Below, in pieces: positions 10,101 through 18,921 of a stretch of DNA of 64,000 bases (positions are counted from its first letter, which is position 1; the number at the start of each line of letters is the position of its first letter). The notes under the pieces were generated by a model, which was not told where the DNA came from, searched no databases, and worked only from the letters and a program-made list of their open reading frames with translations. The position numbers and the translations under genes were made by a program. This DNA comes from Longimicrobiales bacterium (GTDB lineage: Bacteria; Gemmatimonadota; Gemmatimonadetes; Longimicrobiales; Gaopeijiaceae), in NCBI GenBank assembly GCA_965204735.1, contig OZ242008.1, positions 3,168,001 to 3,232,000 on the forward strand. Reading direction: 5' to 3'.

Positions 10101-11110
10101 ACGTTGTAGGTGCCGGCCGCCAAGCCCGAGAAGCCGTACTGTCCCTGGGCGTCCGTCGTGTCCGTCCCCTCCGCGGCGCCCGACAGGGCAACCACGACGC
10201 CGCCGATGCCGATGCCTTCCACGGCGACTTGGCCGCTGATCCCGGCAGTCCGGAGGCGGGTGCCGTCGAAGGGCACGTTGGCCGTCTGGCCCAGGGCCAC
10301 GGTCACCGACTGGGAGGTCGTTGCGAACTCGTAGTCGTCCGCGCTGAACCCCGAGATGCCGACCTGGTAGACGCCGGCGCGAAGCTCGGCGAATACGTAC
10401 TGGCCCGCGGCGTCGGTGGTGGCCGTCCGGGCCGGTCCAACGCCCGAAAGGTTGACCGTCACGCCTGCCAGCCCCACGCCCTCAATCGCCACGCGGCCCT
10501 GGATTCCGGCGGTCCGCACGTACGTGCCGTCGAAGCTGATCCCCTCGGTCTCGCCCACGTCCAACGTCACGGTGCGGGACGTGTTCGAGAAGCCCACGTC
10601 GGCGGCGAAGCCGGAGAGCTCGACCTCGTAGTTGCCGGCGCGCAACTGCGTAAAGGCGTACTGGCCGTTGGCGTCGGTCTGGGTCGAGGCGTCCGACATG
10701 CCGGAAAGGCGGACCGTGACGCCGCTGAGGCCGGCGCGCTCCACCGTCACCGAACCGATGATGCTCGCGGTCCGGATGTAGGTGCCGGTGAAGTTCAGCG
10801 TCGCCGTCTGCCCGGCGGACGTGATCGTCGCGGGCTGGGACGTCGACGTGAAGCTGGCGTCGGCCGGGAAGTTGCTGATCGTGACCGTGTACGTCCCACC
10901 GTCGACGTTGGCGAACGAGAACCGTCCGCCGCTCGCCGTGGTGGTCGACGGCCCGGTGCTCAGCGTGACCGTGACGCCGTCGATTCCCTGTCCTTCGATG
11001 GACACCTGCCCATCGATCGTGCCCGTGGGAACCGGTGGGGTCCCCTCGTCGCACGCAGCCAGGGGCACGAGCAGCATCGCAGCCAGCGCCAGAAGCTTGT
11101 GTCTGTTCAT
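7199..11110 (-). CDS. Large surface lipoprotein with tandem carboxypeptidase-regulatory-like/SdrD-B (Ig-like) domains
   Basis: MNRHK..LVPLAAC lipobox; four similar N-terminal G.V.VEG.G..GV.V.LSG...TDA.GQY.F..L.AG.Y repeats; further G.Y.F..L..G.Y domains. Confidence 0.85.
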   Translation of the reverse strand: MNRHKLLALAAMLLVPLAACDEGTPPVPTGTIDGQVSIEGQGIDGVTVTLSTGPSTTTASGGRFSFANVDGGTYTVTISNFPADASFTSTSQPATITSAGQTATLNFTGTYIRTASIIGSVTVERAGLSGVTVRLSGMSDASTQTDANGQYAFTQLRAGNYEVELSGFAADVGFSNTSRTVTLDVGETEGISFDGTYVRTAGIQGRVAIEGVGLAGVTVNLSGVGPARTATTDAAGQYVFAELRAGVYQVGISGFSADDYEFATTSQSVTVALGQTANVPFDGTRLRTAGISGQVAVEGIGIGGVVVALSGAAEGTDTTDAQGQYGFSGLAAGTYNVTISGWDAAAYIFDTASKTVVLADDQAAISNFAGAHVATATVTGHAFFDANPQNGQLDAGDEDTYALRGLQVTLSGPGVNEVKTALTNADGMYTFENLKAGSYQVLVAGEHLDSADVDSRVMYTGTTSLVALEPGATVVQNLPFRIVTQTITMQAMMGNGEDGKDAKTGAMLPGVGIDFYPTYQAAEAERQQLGKMAVTDSTGMAKVMFPRASDTGPGGRIDHVVFAKVAQLPHDDLSVSANEILEVSYSPRRLETAAAEAVQVINQRATFQFWVKNVETDIGGDDFLEGWASEVRTSLANDGFQSAKVSNKAGKSTFSDIPAGGLPVTYYIRLSGTQARAMGERFMGTPEPSAIASMESTKKVGGATSTTDIPFLVYEYDGVTLPSDTADLGVMRVKWTTQTLILGVHHERTQVVGYDRNIVDGDVRPHANVVGDITLQLQTRDRHGTPQNWNYPGIATRTGAASPKADGTTDAGLVIFTNLPTALDLLVKVTTSDSNKKIYGANEVDTFLGTTREQASRGAHSSGAFGTAGGTGPSVSICPLAGSASRDACSTFAYGYTNGQVRGTVSTANYGDLGGPLTNFGRDSVVLTLRPMLTFGDGKSKDAKVNNRAACGDVDGNERLDDSCTTGAYVFTGLEGGTYEVTIKSNSAWNGRFSRGVSDTVTVLHTDVAAGSVDSVDATVTYQKAMISGTVANDQNADSVVSGNGGDGTVHPRETVQGATLTLLRLKSATDTVGTRVATAKSDATGRFSFTGLPEGHYAVEGTSTTSYKLVAKNTRPVHRTPALRTTALPTGRLITSGDGSAGSLPHWRYGSNPTGDVGLPQTDADFVVVFTDGVLTGKITERDSLQDNTHSNVANQRVFLQKCGLVSLAQANATFPIDTCDSGYDNTFERKTATTTAAGEYRFEGLEEGWYQVFVDLAGVAINRTNTVGLATTGDINRINGIRLVKGRGDADSFETIVLTRN

Positions 11111-11413
11111 TTCCATTCCTGTGATGGATGGGTTCTGTTCTCGCCCGGAGCCCTTCCGGCCTCGCGCCGCGAAGGTCGGGCAAGCGGGTAATCTATGGTG
11201 ATCGCCTCCAGAGCGCCAGCCGGTGGGCCGGCGCTTCCGTGGGAGACGGTTGTCGGGGGTTTTCAAGGACCCGGCTCGCCGGGAGCCTGGAAGATGAAGC
11301 AAGAGTGGTGCCATTCTTCTGGATTCTGCGTATTCCTTTGTTCTTCAAGGGTTTTGCGGATGCGGGCGAGCACGGTTCGACCAGCCTTCGGGGACGGAAA
11401 ACCGACTCGAGGG

Positions 11414-12427
11414 TCAGCTTTCGGCCCCCACGAGGGACTCGGCCAGATCCACCAGCTCCCTGGAGCCCAGGAAGAGGGGCGTCCGGTCGTGGAGGCCATG
11501 GGGGACGATCTCCAGGACGTCCTGCTCGCCGTCCGACGCTCGGCCGCCGGCGGCCTCGCAGACCAGGGCCAGGGGAGCGGCTTCGTAGAGGATGCGGAGC
11601 TTGCCCCTTGGAGAGCGGGCGTCCGGCGGGTACATGAAGAGTCCCCCTTGGAGCAGCGTCCGGTGGAAGTCGGACACCAGCGAGCCGATGTAGCGGGAGC
11701 GGTACCCTCGCCCTCCGCCTCCTTCCATGTCCCGGAAGTGGTCCACCAGCCGCTGCTGGGGGCGGGACCAGCGAGCGTAGTACGCCTCGTTGACCGAGTA
11801 GATGCGGGCCGGCGGGTCCGGGATGCGGACGTTGGGGTGGCTCAGCAGGAACTCGCCGATCGACGGGTCCAGCGTGAAGCCGTGCACGCCGCTGTCCAGG
11901 CCCGTGGTGTAGACCAGCATCGTGGACGAGCCGTAGATCACGTAGCCCGCGGCCAGTTGGCGGCGACCGGGCTGGAGGCAGTCCGCCAGCGCGCCGCCTT
12001 CGCCTGCCGTGACCTTCTGATGCACCGAGAAGATCGTCCCTATGGAGACGTTCACGTCGATGTTGGAGGAGCCGTCCAGCGGGTCGAAGAGGAGGACGTA
12101 GTGGCCCTTGTCGAACTTGTCGGGGATGGGGATGATCTCGTCGCACTCCTCCGAGACCATGCAGCACAGGTGGCCGGCGTGGTCCATCGCCTTGACGATC
12201 ACCTCTTGGGCGAAGTCGTCGAGGCGGCGGACCTCTTCGCCCTGGACGTTGGTGGCCCCGGTCTTGCCCAGGATGTCCACCAAGCCGGCCTGGTTGACTT
12301 CCCGGGAGATGATCTTGGCCGCCAGGGCGATGTCGTACAGCAGGGCCGAGAAGCGCCCGGACGCGCCCGGGTGCTCCCGCTCCTGGTCGATGATGTGGCG
12401 GTCGATCGTGACGACCTTGCTTCGCAT
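11414..12427 (-). CDS. fbp: Class 1 fructose-1,6-bisphosphatase
   Basis: NVQGE, SEE, FDPLDGSSNID, RYIGSLVSDFHR and KLRILYE motifs. Confidence 0.95.
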   Translation of the reverse strand: MRSKVVTIDRHIIDQEREHPGASGRFSALLYDIALAAKIISREVNQAGLVDILGKTGATNVQGEEVRRLDDFAQEVIVKAMDHAGHLCCMVSEECDEIIPIPDKFDKGHYVLLFDPLDGSSNIDVNVSIGTIFSVHQKVTAGEGGALADCLQPGRRQLAAGYVIYGSSTMLVYTTGLDSGVHGFTLDPSIGEFLLSHPNVRIPDPPARIYSVNEAYYARWSRPQQRLVDHFRDMEGGGGRGYRSRYIGSLVSDFHRTLLQGGLFMYPPDARSPRGKLRILYEAAPLALVCEAAGGRASDGEQDVLEIVPHGLHDRTPLFLGSRELVDLAESLVGAES

Positions 12428-12576
12428 CGGCGGCCCTGGCCGGGCGTCCGGCAGCCCTTTGGAGGCGGCCTGCCTCGCTGTCCGTGGGGAGGCGGGTCCG
12501 AGCCAGCCGTTCTTGTTCGCCCGCCGAGGTTCGTCCAATGTTCGAGTATCGCCCTACTCCCAGCCCGAGGCAACTC

Positions 12577-13902
12577 ATGAGGACGAAGACGGGACCGGCT
12601 CGTGGTCGGACGCGCGGGCTCGGCGACGGGACGCCTCCGGCTTCGGCGGGACGCCGGCGTGGCTGGGCGCTGGCCTTCTTCTCCGTGCCGGCGGCGCTGC
12701 TGGCCCTGGAAGTCGCCTTGATTCCCTTCCCGGTCGTCGACGCCTTCTACTCGGCGCCCGCCACCAGCGACCATCCGATCTTCCGGCTCCAGCCGGGTCT
12801 TTTCCTCTGGTCGCGGGGGTGGAACTTCGAGGTGGTGACCCGAGTTCGCGTCAACAACTACGGGTTCGTCAGCGATCAAGACTACCACGCGGAGGCGGCG
12901 ACCCCCTTGGCGGCGGTGATCGGAGACAGCTTCGTCGAGGCCCTGATGGTGCCCTGGAGAGAAACGTGCGCGGGTCGGCTGGCCGACCACGCTTCTCCGC
13001 GCCTTCGGGTCTACTCCTTCGGCGCTTCGGGCGCTCCGTTGAGCCAGTACTTGGCGTACGCGCAGTACGTCCGGGACGAGTTTCGTCCGCGCGGAATGGT
13101 GTTCGTGGTCGTCGGGAACGACTTCCACGAGAGCATGCTCAAGCACTCGTGGGGGTATCCGTTCGCCTACTTCGACGACGGCGGCGCGGGCCCGGGAAGT
13201 GGGGCGGACGCGTCGGCGGGTCGCCCCGCCGGCCTTGTGGAGAACGCAGGCGCGTCCGACCTGGTGGCAGGCGCGCCCGACCTAGTGACGGTGCCGCACC
13301 CCGAGCCGATCTGGTGGCGGAGCGTCGGGAAGAGGTCGAACCTGCTTCGATACCTGACCCATAACGTCGGCTTGGAGGTCGCTTGGCGGGTGCGGACGCG
13401 GGAAGGGCCGCAGGGCTTGCCGCCCGTCACGATGCTGGAGTTGGCCCGACCGGTCCGGGAGCGCCCCGACGTGCTGGCGGACTCCAGGCGCGCGACCGAC
13501 CGCTTCTTCGATCTGTTGCCGGAGATGTCGGGCTTGGCGCCGTCGCAGATCGCCTTCGTCGTGGACGGTCCTCGGTTCGCCCTCTACGACGAAGGAGGGC
13601 TCGAGCGCGTCCGAGACAGCCACAGGGTGGTCAACCGGCAGTACTTCATGGCGGCCGCGGAGGCAGGCGGGTACGAAGTCCTGGACATGCTCCCCGTGTT
13701 CGCGGATCACTGGAGGGCGAACGGAGCCCGCTTCGACTGGCCGGGCGACGGCCACTGGAACGCCCTCGGCCATCGCCTGTGCTTCGAGTCCGTCGCCAAG
13801 TCGGCCCTGATCGGTGCGCTGGTGGACGAGGCCGGCGGCCGGCGGCCAGCTCGGCCGGCGGCCAGCTCGCGGTTCGGATATGCGCCACGGCCTCCCGGCT
13901 GA
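12577..13902 (+). CDS. SGNH/GDSL-like (AlgX/AlgJ-type) membrane-anchored protein
   Basis: N-terminal TM; VNNYGF, IGDSFVE, GNDF, DGHWNALGH motifs. Confidence 0.7.
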   Translation: MRTKTGPARGRTRGLGDGTPPASAGRRRGWALAFFSVPAALLALEVALIPFPVVDAFYSAPATSDHPIFRLQPGLFLWSRGWNFEVVTRVRVNNYGFVSDQDYHAEAATPLAAVIGDSFVEALMVPWRETCAGRLADHASPRLRVYSFGASGAPLSQYLAYAQYVRDEFRPRGMVFVVVGNDFHESMLKHSWGYPFAYFDDGGAGPGSGADASAGRPAGLVENAGASDLVAGAPDLVTVPHPEPIWWRSVGKRSNLLRYLTHNVGLEVAWRVRTREGPQGLPPVTMLELARPVRERPDVLADSRRATDRFFDLLPEMSGLAPSQIAFVVDGPRFALYDEGGLERVRDSHRVVNRQYFMAAAEAGGYEVLDMLPVFADHWRANGARFDWPGDGHWNALGHRLCFESVAKSALIGALVDEAGGRRPARPAASSRFGYAPRPPG

Positions 13903-14565
13903 CGTGCTGCACTCCGACCGCGACGCCCTGGCTGACCGGAGGCTCTACGACGTAGCGGCCGTAGTACTCGAACCGAAAGCGTTCGCTGGAATCGTCGGGC
14001 AGGTCAATTCCACGTCGCCACGTTCCGGGTTCTGGAGGACGCTTCTCCTCCTCTGGCGCGAGATACGGTTTGATGCGCTTCAGGATGCGGTCGCAACGCT
14101 CCTGCGCCCCTGAAATCCGATCCGTTTCCGGTGCGTCACTCATGCTCGACATCCTGCTGCTTGGGCAAGGGCATAAAGAATGCTCCTTCTTCGGTTTCAA
14201 TGGCCTTGGCTGCTTGGTGGGAAACAAACTCGCTGGAACGAAGATACAGCTCATAGATCGTGGCCCGCACGCCCCTGTTCGAGCCCCCGTTCGAGCCCCC
14301 GCTCGAGTCCCTGCTGGAGAGCCGTGACCCAGCTCAGCAGAGGAAGACCGCTGCGGGCGGGTGGCGGTCTTCGAGGAGCCGCACCGACTGCATTCCGAAC
14401 TGCCGGCAAGCACGCGGCGGACGGCCCGCCGGGTCAGCGGTTCGCTGCTTGGCCGCCACTAGCCCACCACCGGGTTGGGCGAGCGTTGGGGTCAGCCCAG
14501 CGGTGCGGCCCCGGTCGCCCTTGGCCAGTGCTTGGGAAGCGACGGCTTGGCGTCGACTCCGTCCG

Positions 14566-15310
14566 CTACGACCGCTCCGCTTCGCTGTTGCCGGCCACGG
14601 CCAGGAACTCGTCGGCGGTGTCGCACTCCACGACCGCGTCCCCGACCCGCGCCAGCTGCTCGGCGCTCATGGAGCGCACCCGCGCCTCCAGCCGGCGCGC
14701 CGTCTGGGCCCCGAACCGCCGCGAAGCCAGACGCAGCAGCAAGACCGCTCGGCCCTCCGCACGCCCCTGCTCGAGCCCCCGTTCGAGTCCCTGCTCGAGC
14801 CCCCGCTGCCGGTGGCCCTCCGCCCACTCCGCATAGGTCTGGCCCATCTCTTTCTCCTCCTTCGGTTGGATGATCTGCTCCACGATGTCCTCACGTGCCT
14901 CTTCCGGCACCCCCACCACACGCAGCCGCTCGTCCGTCCAGTCCAGCGCCGCGACCCAGCCCAGCACGCTCTCCCTGGGAAGCAACCCTTGCGCCAGCGC
15001 CGACCGCAAGTCAAGCAGCCCGTAGCCGTGAGTGGTCGCCAAGCCGGCGACCGCCTGCGCCACGACCGGCGACGGCTCCTCCCTGCCGGCCAGCCCGGCC
15101 AGCGACGTCTCGGCCGTCCATGGCCTCGTGCCGGTGTAGACGACGAACGAGAGCACGAGGGGCATGGCGCCGTCGGGGTCGCGCTGGCGCTCGAGCGTGT
15201 GCAGCACCGTGTAGGCGGCCTCGGTGTAGCGCAGCGTCCTGAGGACCATGCCCGGATCGACGGAGGACTGGAACTCGAAGAGGAAGACGGCGGATCGACC
15301 GTTCCCCCGA
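14566..15310 (-). pseudogene. Rpn family remnant (N-terminus lost, probable internal deletion) with intact C-terminal module
   Basis: FLFEFQSSVDP.M, VVYTGTRPW, GLEQGLERGLEQGRAEG, RRFG..DAVVECDT; no upstream DLVW motif. Confidence 0.75.
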
Positions 15311-15412
15311 AGCTGGCCGGGACGGTCTCCGGCCCTGGTCCTCAGTGTCTCACCGAGGATGCGCCATTTCCATGGCTGGATGGGACAGATTTTTTTTTCG
15401 TCTCTCGCGGGC

Positions 15413-17239
15413 TCAACGATCCTCTGCTTGGCCCCCCCTTCCGCGATCCCCCTTGCGGTGCGATTCCGCAACCATCAACGCCGTCCGTCCCTTCGTCGTC
15501 AGCCGGTATCGTTGGGACGGGCTGGTCGGCTTCCCCGGCAGCGTCATCTCCAGCAGCCCGTGGGAGACGAGGCGCCTGATCCGTCGCCCAAAGCTTCCGC
15601 TTCGCCCCGAGTAGCGGCCAGCTGCCAGCAAGATGCTCCTGGGCGCGGGTTCCGCTGCAGCTGCCCGCAGGATGCGGACATCTCGGTTCGAGAGAGTCGG
15701 TCCGGCTGCTGAGTCCTGCGCCCGCCCCCGCCCAACGGACTGCTTCGCCCTGGTCTTCACTAGGCTTGGCCCCTGCTTGGCCCCCCTTTCGCCGCTTGGC
15801 TTCCGCTCGGCCCCCGCTTGGCTCCCGCTTGGCCCCCGCTTGGTCCCCTGCCTGGCCCTCCGCTTGAGCTCTGCTTGGCCCCCGCTTGGTCCCTCGCCTA
15901 GCCTCTGCTCGGCCGCTCGGCCCCCGCTTGGCCCCCGCTTGGCCCCCCTTTCGTCGCTTGGCCCCTGCTTGGCCCCTGCTTGGTCATTCGCTTGGCCCCC
16001 GCTTGGTCCCCCTTCCTCTGCTTGGCCCCTCCGTCGGCGGCGAATGGTCGTGACGAACCCTTCCGCTACGGCGAACTCCGGCTCGGGCAGCCCAGCCTCG
16101 CTGCATCGGCGAATCATGTCCAGGGTCCCGGTGCCCATCCTTTCGACGTACGCCACGAGATACATCGCATGGGCCAACAACGGATTGGTCGGCACCGAGC
16201 TGTGAGGAACCCGCAACTTGTCGAGCGTCAGCCGCGTCGGAAGGGTCCCCGGATTCCGGACCTCCATGCGGTCCTTGAACAGCATGACTTGCACGCTCCC
16301 GTTGCTTGCGTAGTCGCGATGAGCGACCGCGTTGACGATCGCCTCGACGATCACTTCCTTGGGGATCTCGTACGAGACGGGCGCTTGAATGCTCTCGGCC
16401 CTGGTGCCGACGGACAGGTCGATCCTGTCCAGCACGAAGTCGGCGGCCCGATCCACCATGTCGAAGACCGTGCCCTGATACACCTGATACGACGGAATCG
16501 GCTTGGCGACCCAAGTCCCGTGGAAATGCGCGCACCTGACTTCCGCGGTCGGCAGGTGTCGCTGCACCGACTTCCCGAACAAGAGCACGGCCGCGTTGGT
16601 GGGCCGTCCGTTGCTGAGCAGGTTGAGATGTTCCAAGAACGATTCCGGCGGCGCGTCCTCTGTCATGGCAAACCTCCTGACCCGTCGCGCCGTGCGAATG
16701 AACTGAACCATCCGCTCGTGGTCGAGAGCCCCGATTGTCGCCCCTTCGCAAGGAGCCGCGTCGAACCGACCGCGGTAGACCGCGTTGCGATCCTCCAGAA
16801 AATCCAGCAACGAGGCGTACAACGCCATCTGCAGCTCCATAGTGGAGTCGAACCGTCGTCGGACGAGATCGGTCTGCGCCCTGCGAATCAACGCCTGCAT
16901 CTTTGGATGGCGTCCCGCATCACCCCTTCCCTTCACGAACACCAGCCGCTTCACGCCCAGCTCCGACGCCCGATCAAACTCCCTCTCGGTGGGCGAAACA
17001 CCTTCCTCGTCCTCGCTTCCGTAGCCCCAACCGAACAATCCGACGTAGACGTCCGCCTTGTCGACCTCTCGCATGTAGACGCTGTCCGCGCTCCGGTCGC
17101 ACGCAGGAACATCTTCGAACAGAAACAGCTCGAAGAAGCGCCTCATCAGGGGATCGTCGCGAAAATAGTCCCTCAGTGCTTGGCACTCGGCGGCGAATTC
17201 GCTCTGGACGCTGCTGACGAAGACGCGAAAGCGAGTCAT
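15413..17239 (-). CDS. DUF4062 domain + ATP-binding (HATPase_c_4/RecG-C-like) + C-terminal wHTH protein
   Basis: FRVFVSSVQSEF..., EAIVNAVAHRDY, VRNPG, NPLLA, ERMGTG, C-terminal P.KPTSPSQRYRLT.KG. Confidence 0.8.
   Translation of the reverse strand: MTRFRVFVSSVQSEFAAECQALRDYFRDDPLMRRFFELFLFEDVPACDRSADSVYMREVDKADVYVGLFGWGYGSEDEEGVSPTEREFDRASELGVKRLVFVKGRGDAGRHPKMQALIRRAQTDLVRRRFDSTMELQMALYASLLDFLEDRNAVYRGRFDAAPCEGATIGALDHERMVQFIRTARRVRRFAMTEDAPPESFLEHLNLLSNGRPTNAAVLLFGKSVQRHLPTAEVRCAHFHGTWVAKPIPSYQVYQGTVFDMVDRAADFVLDRIDLSVGTRAESIQAPVSYEIPKEVIVEAIVNAVAHRDYASNGSVQVMLFKDRMEVRNPGTLPTRLTLDKLRVPHSSVPTNPLLAHAMYLVAYVERMGTGTLDMIRRCSEAGLPEPEFAVAEGFVTTIRRRRRGQAEEGGPSGGQANDQAGAKQGPSDERGAKRGPSGGRAAEQRLGEGPSGGQAELKRRARQGTKRGPSGSQAGAERKPSGERGAKQGPSLVKTRAKQSVGRGRAQDSAAGPTLSNRDVRILRAAAAEPAPRSILLAAGRYSGRSGSFGRRIRRLVSHGLLEMTLPGKPTSPSQRYRLTTKGRTALMVAESHRKGDRGRGGQAEDR
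15764..16030 (-). repeat. Degenerate ~10-11-nt tandem repeat (GGGGCCAAGC) inside CDS
   Basis: Many GCTTGGCCCC(C) copies on the + strand, translating as GAKQ/GPS/GGQA. Confidence 0.85.
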
Positions 17240-17273
17240 CGCATCCTCGACTGAAATCCCCCCTGCCTCCCGC

Positions 17274-18734
17274 TCACCGCACCCGGTGCGAGAAGTTGCC
17301 GTGGACGCTCAGCCGTTCGACGGCTCCGTCGGCGCCTCTGTGGAAGACGTATTCTTCCCCCAGGTCGCCGTCGTCGCGGACGCGGCGGAAGACGTCGCCG
17401 TCGTCGTGGCGGAGCTTGCGCAGGGCGTCCAGCGGGTCGCCGGTGGGCAGGCTCACCGCCGCCAAGCCGTCTTCCCAGCGCAGCACGACCGTCTCGCCCC
17501 AGTCGGACTCGTACAGCCCTTCGTAGCCTGCCAGCGAGGCCGACGGCGCCATTGCGCCGCCCGGGTCGTCCCGAATCGCCTTCAGCGCGGCGCCGAAGAT
17601 GCTCGCCATGCGCGCCCACACCTGATCCGGGCTGGTTCCCTGGGCGTTGATCATGACGACGCCGGCCAGCTTCTCGTCGGGGATCATCTGGAAGGTGGAG
17701 CGGAACCCCGGACAGGAGCCGCCGTGGCCGACGGTGCGCTCGCCGTCGCGCTGGGAGACGGAGAAGCCCAGGCCCCACATCGTCTCGAAGTCGGGGTCCA
17801 CCCAATGGACGCGGTGCATCTCCCTCAGCGTGTTGGCGTCCAGGACTTCGGCGCCGCCTTCCTCCAGCAGGCGGAACTGCCACGAAGCGAAGCGGGCCAG
17901 GTCCTCCACCGACGAGGCGAAGCCAGCCGCCGGGGCGATTCCGCGGGCCCGGAAGAACGGCGCCTCGGGCCTCTCGCCCAATCGGTTCAGCCGGGCGTAG
18001 CCAGTGGCGAATCGGCCTCCCTCGTGCTCGGCCGGGATGTCCGTGAAGGTGTCGTCCATCCCCAGCGGGTCCAGGACGCGGCTCCGCACGTAGGCGTCGT
18101 ACGCCGTGCCCGAAGCCTGCTCCACCAGCTGCCCCGCCAGCGCCATCCCCAGGTTCGAGTACTGGAAGTACTGGTGCGCCGGGTAGAGCGTCTCCTGCTC
18201 GTCGAGCCCGTCGATCACTTCGTCCCGGGTCGGGAAGGGGTACTCCGGGCCGGTCCAGTAGGGGTGGGCGGACTCCCGAGGCAGGCCGGAGGAATGGGTC
18301 AGGACACCTTCGACGGTGACGGGACCGCCGGCGTGGGACTGTTCGACTTCGTACCACGGCAGGTGGTCGGACACCGGGTCGCGCAGGCGCAACTTGTCCT
18401 CGTCGCGCTGCTGCATGACGCCAATCGACGTGAAGAGCTTCGAGATCGAGCAGATCGAGTAGAGGGTGGAGGGGGTCGCCGGAACTTCTTCATCCCGGTG
18501 GGCGAAGCCATAGCCCTTCGCCCAAACCAGCTCCTGGTCGTGGACGAGTCCCACCGACACGCCGGGGATCTTCTCGTAGGCCATCTTGGCGTCGAGCCAA
18601 GCCTCGAAGAGGGCCTCGGCCTGCTGGAAGCGAGGGTCGCCGGTGGGGTTTCCGTCGGCGGTCTGCGCGCACGCGGCGGATGGAACCAGCAAGAGGGCGA
18701 CGAGGGCGACGGCAGGATCGAGGGGACGGCGCAT
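17274..18734 (-). CDS. Secreted serine hydrolase (beta-lactamase class C/AmpC-like family)
   Basis: Signal peptide; SISK (SxxK), YSN, HGG motifs. Confidence 0.85.
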   Translation of the reverse strand: MRRPLDPAVALVALLLVPSAACAQTADGNPTGDPRFQQAEALFEAWLDAKMAYEKIPGVSVGLVHDQELVWAKGYGFAHRDEEVPATPSTLYSICSISKLFTSIGVMQQRDEDKLRLRDPVSDHLPWYEVEQSHAGGPVTVEGVLTHSSGLPRESAHPYWTGPEYPFPTRDEVIDGLDEQETLYPAHQYFQYSNLGMALAGQLVEQASGTAYDAYVRSRVLDPLGMDDTFTDIPAEHEGGRFATGYARLNRLGERPEAPFFRARGIAPAAGFASSVEDLARFASWQFRLLEEGGAEVLDANTLREMHRVHWVDPDFETMWGLGFSVSQRDGERTVGHGGSCPGFRSTFQMIPDEKLAGVVMINAQGTSPDQVWARMASIFGAALKAIRDDPGGAMAPSASLAGYEGLYESDWGETVVLRWEDGLAAVSLPTGDPLDALRKLRHDDGDVFRRVRDDGDLGEEYVFHRGADGAVERLSVHGNFSHRVR

Positions 18735-18921
18735 CGGGCGGCGCTCCTGGCTCAAGGGTCACGTGGGGGGCAGCAACAAAGCCGTGGACGGCGGACCGGT
18801 AAGACTAACCCGCCCAGGCGTCCGGCGCGAGGGGAACGGCATCTGGCGCAGGGGGAACTGCCGGACCCACATTGCTCGTCCCGGTTCGCCATTGACCCGC
18901 CCAACGCCGGAGAACTCCTTC

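Noticed and set aside
13646..14250. Lower-GC minus-strand ORF (MSDAPETDRI...)
   Set aside because: No recognisable family and it runs into the SGNH gene; may be a fragment, but it cannot be supported as a gene.
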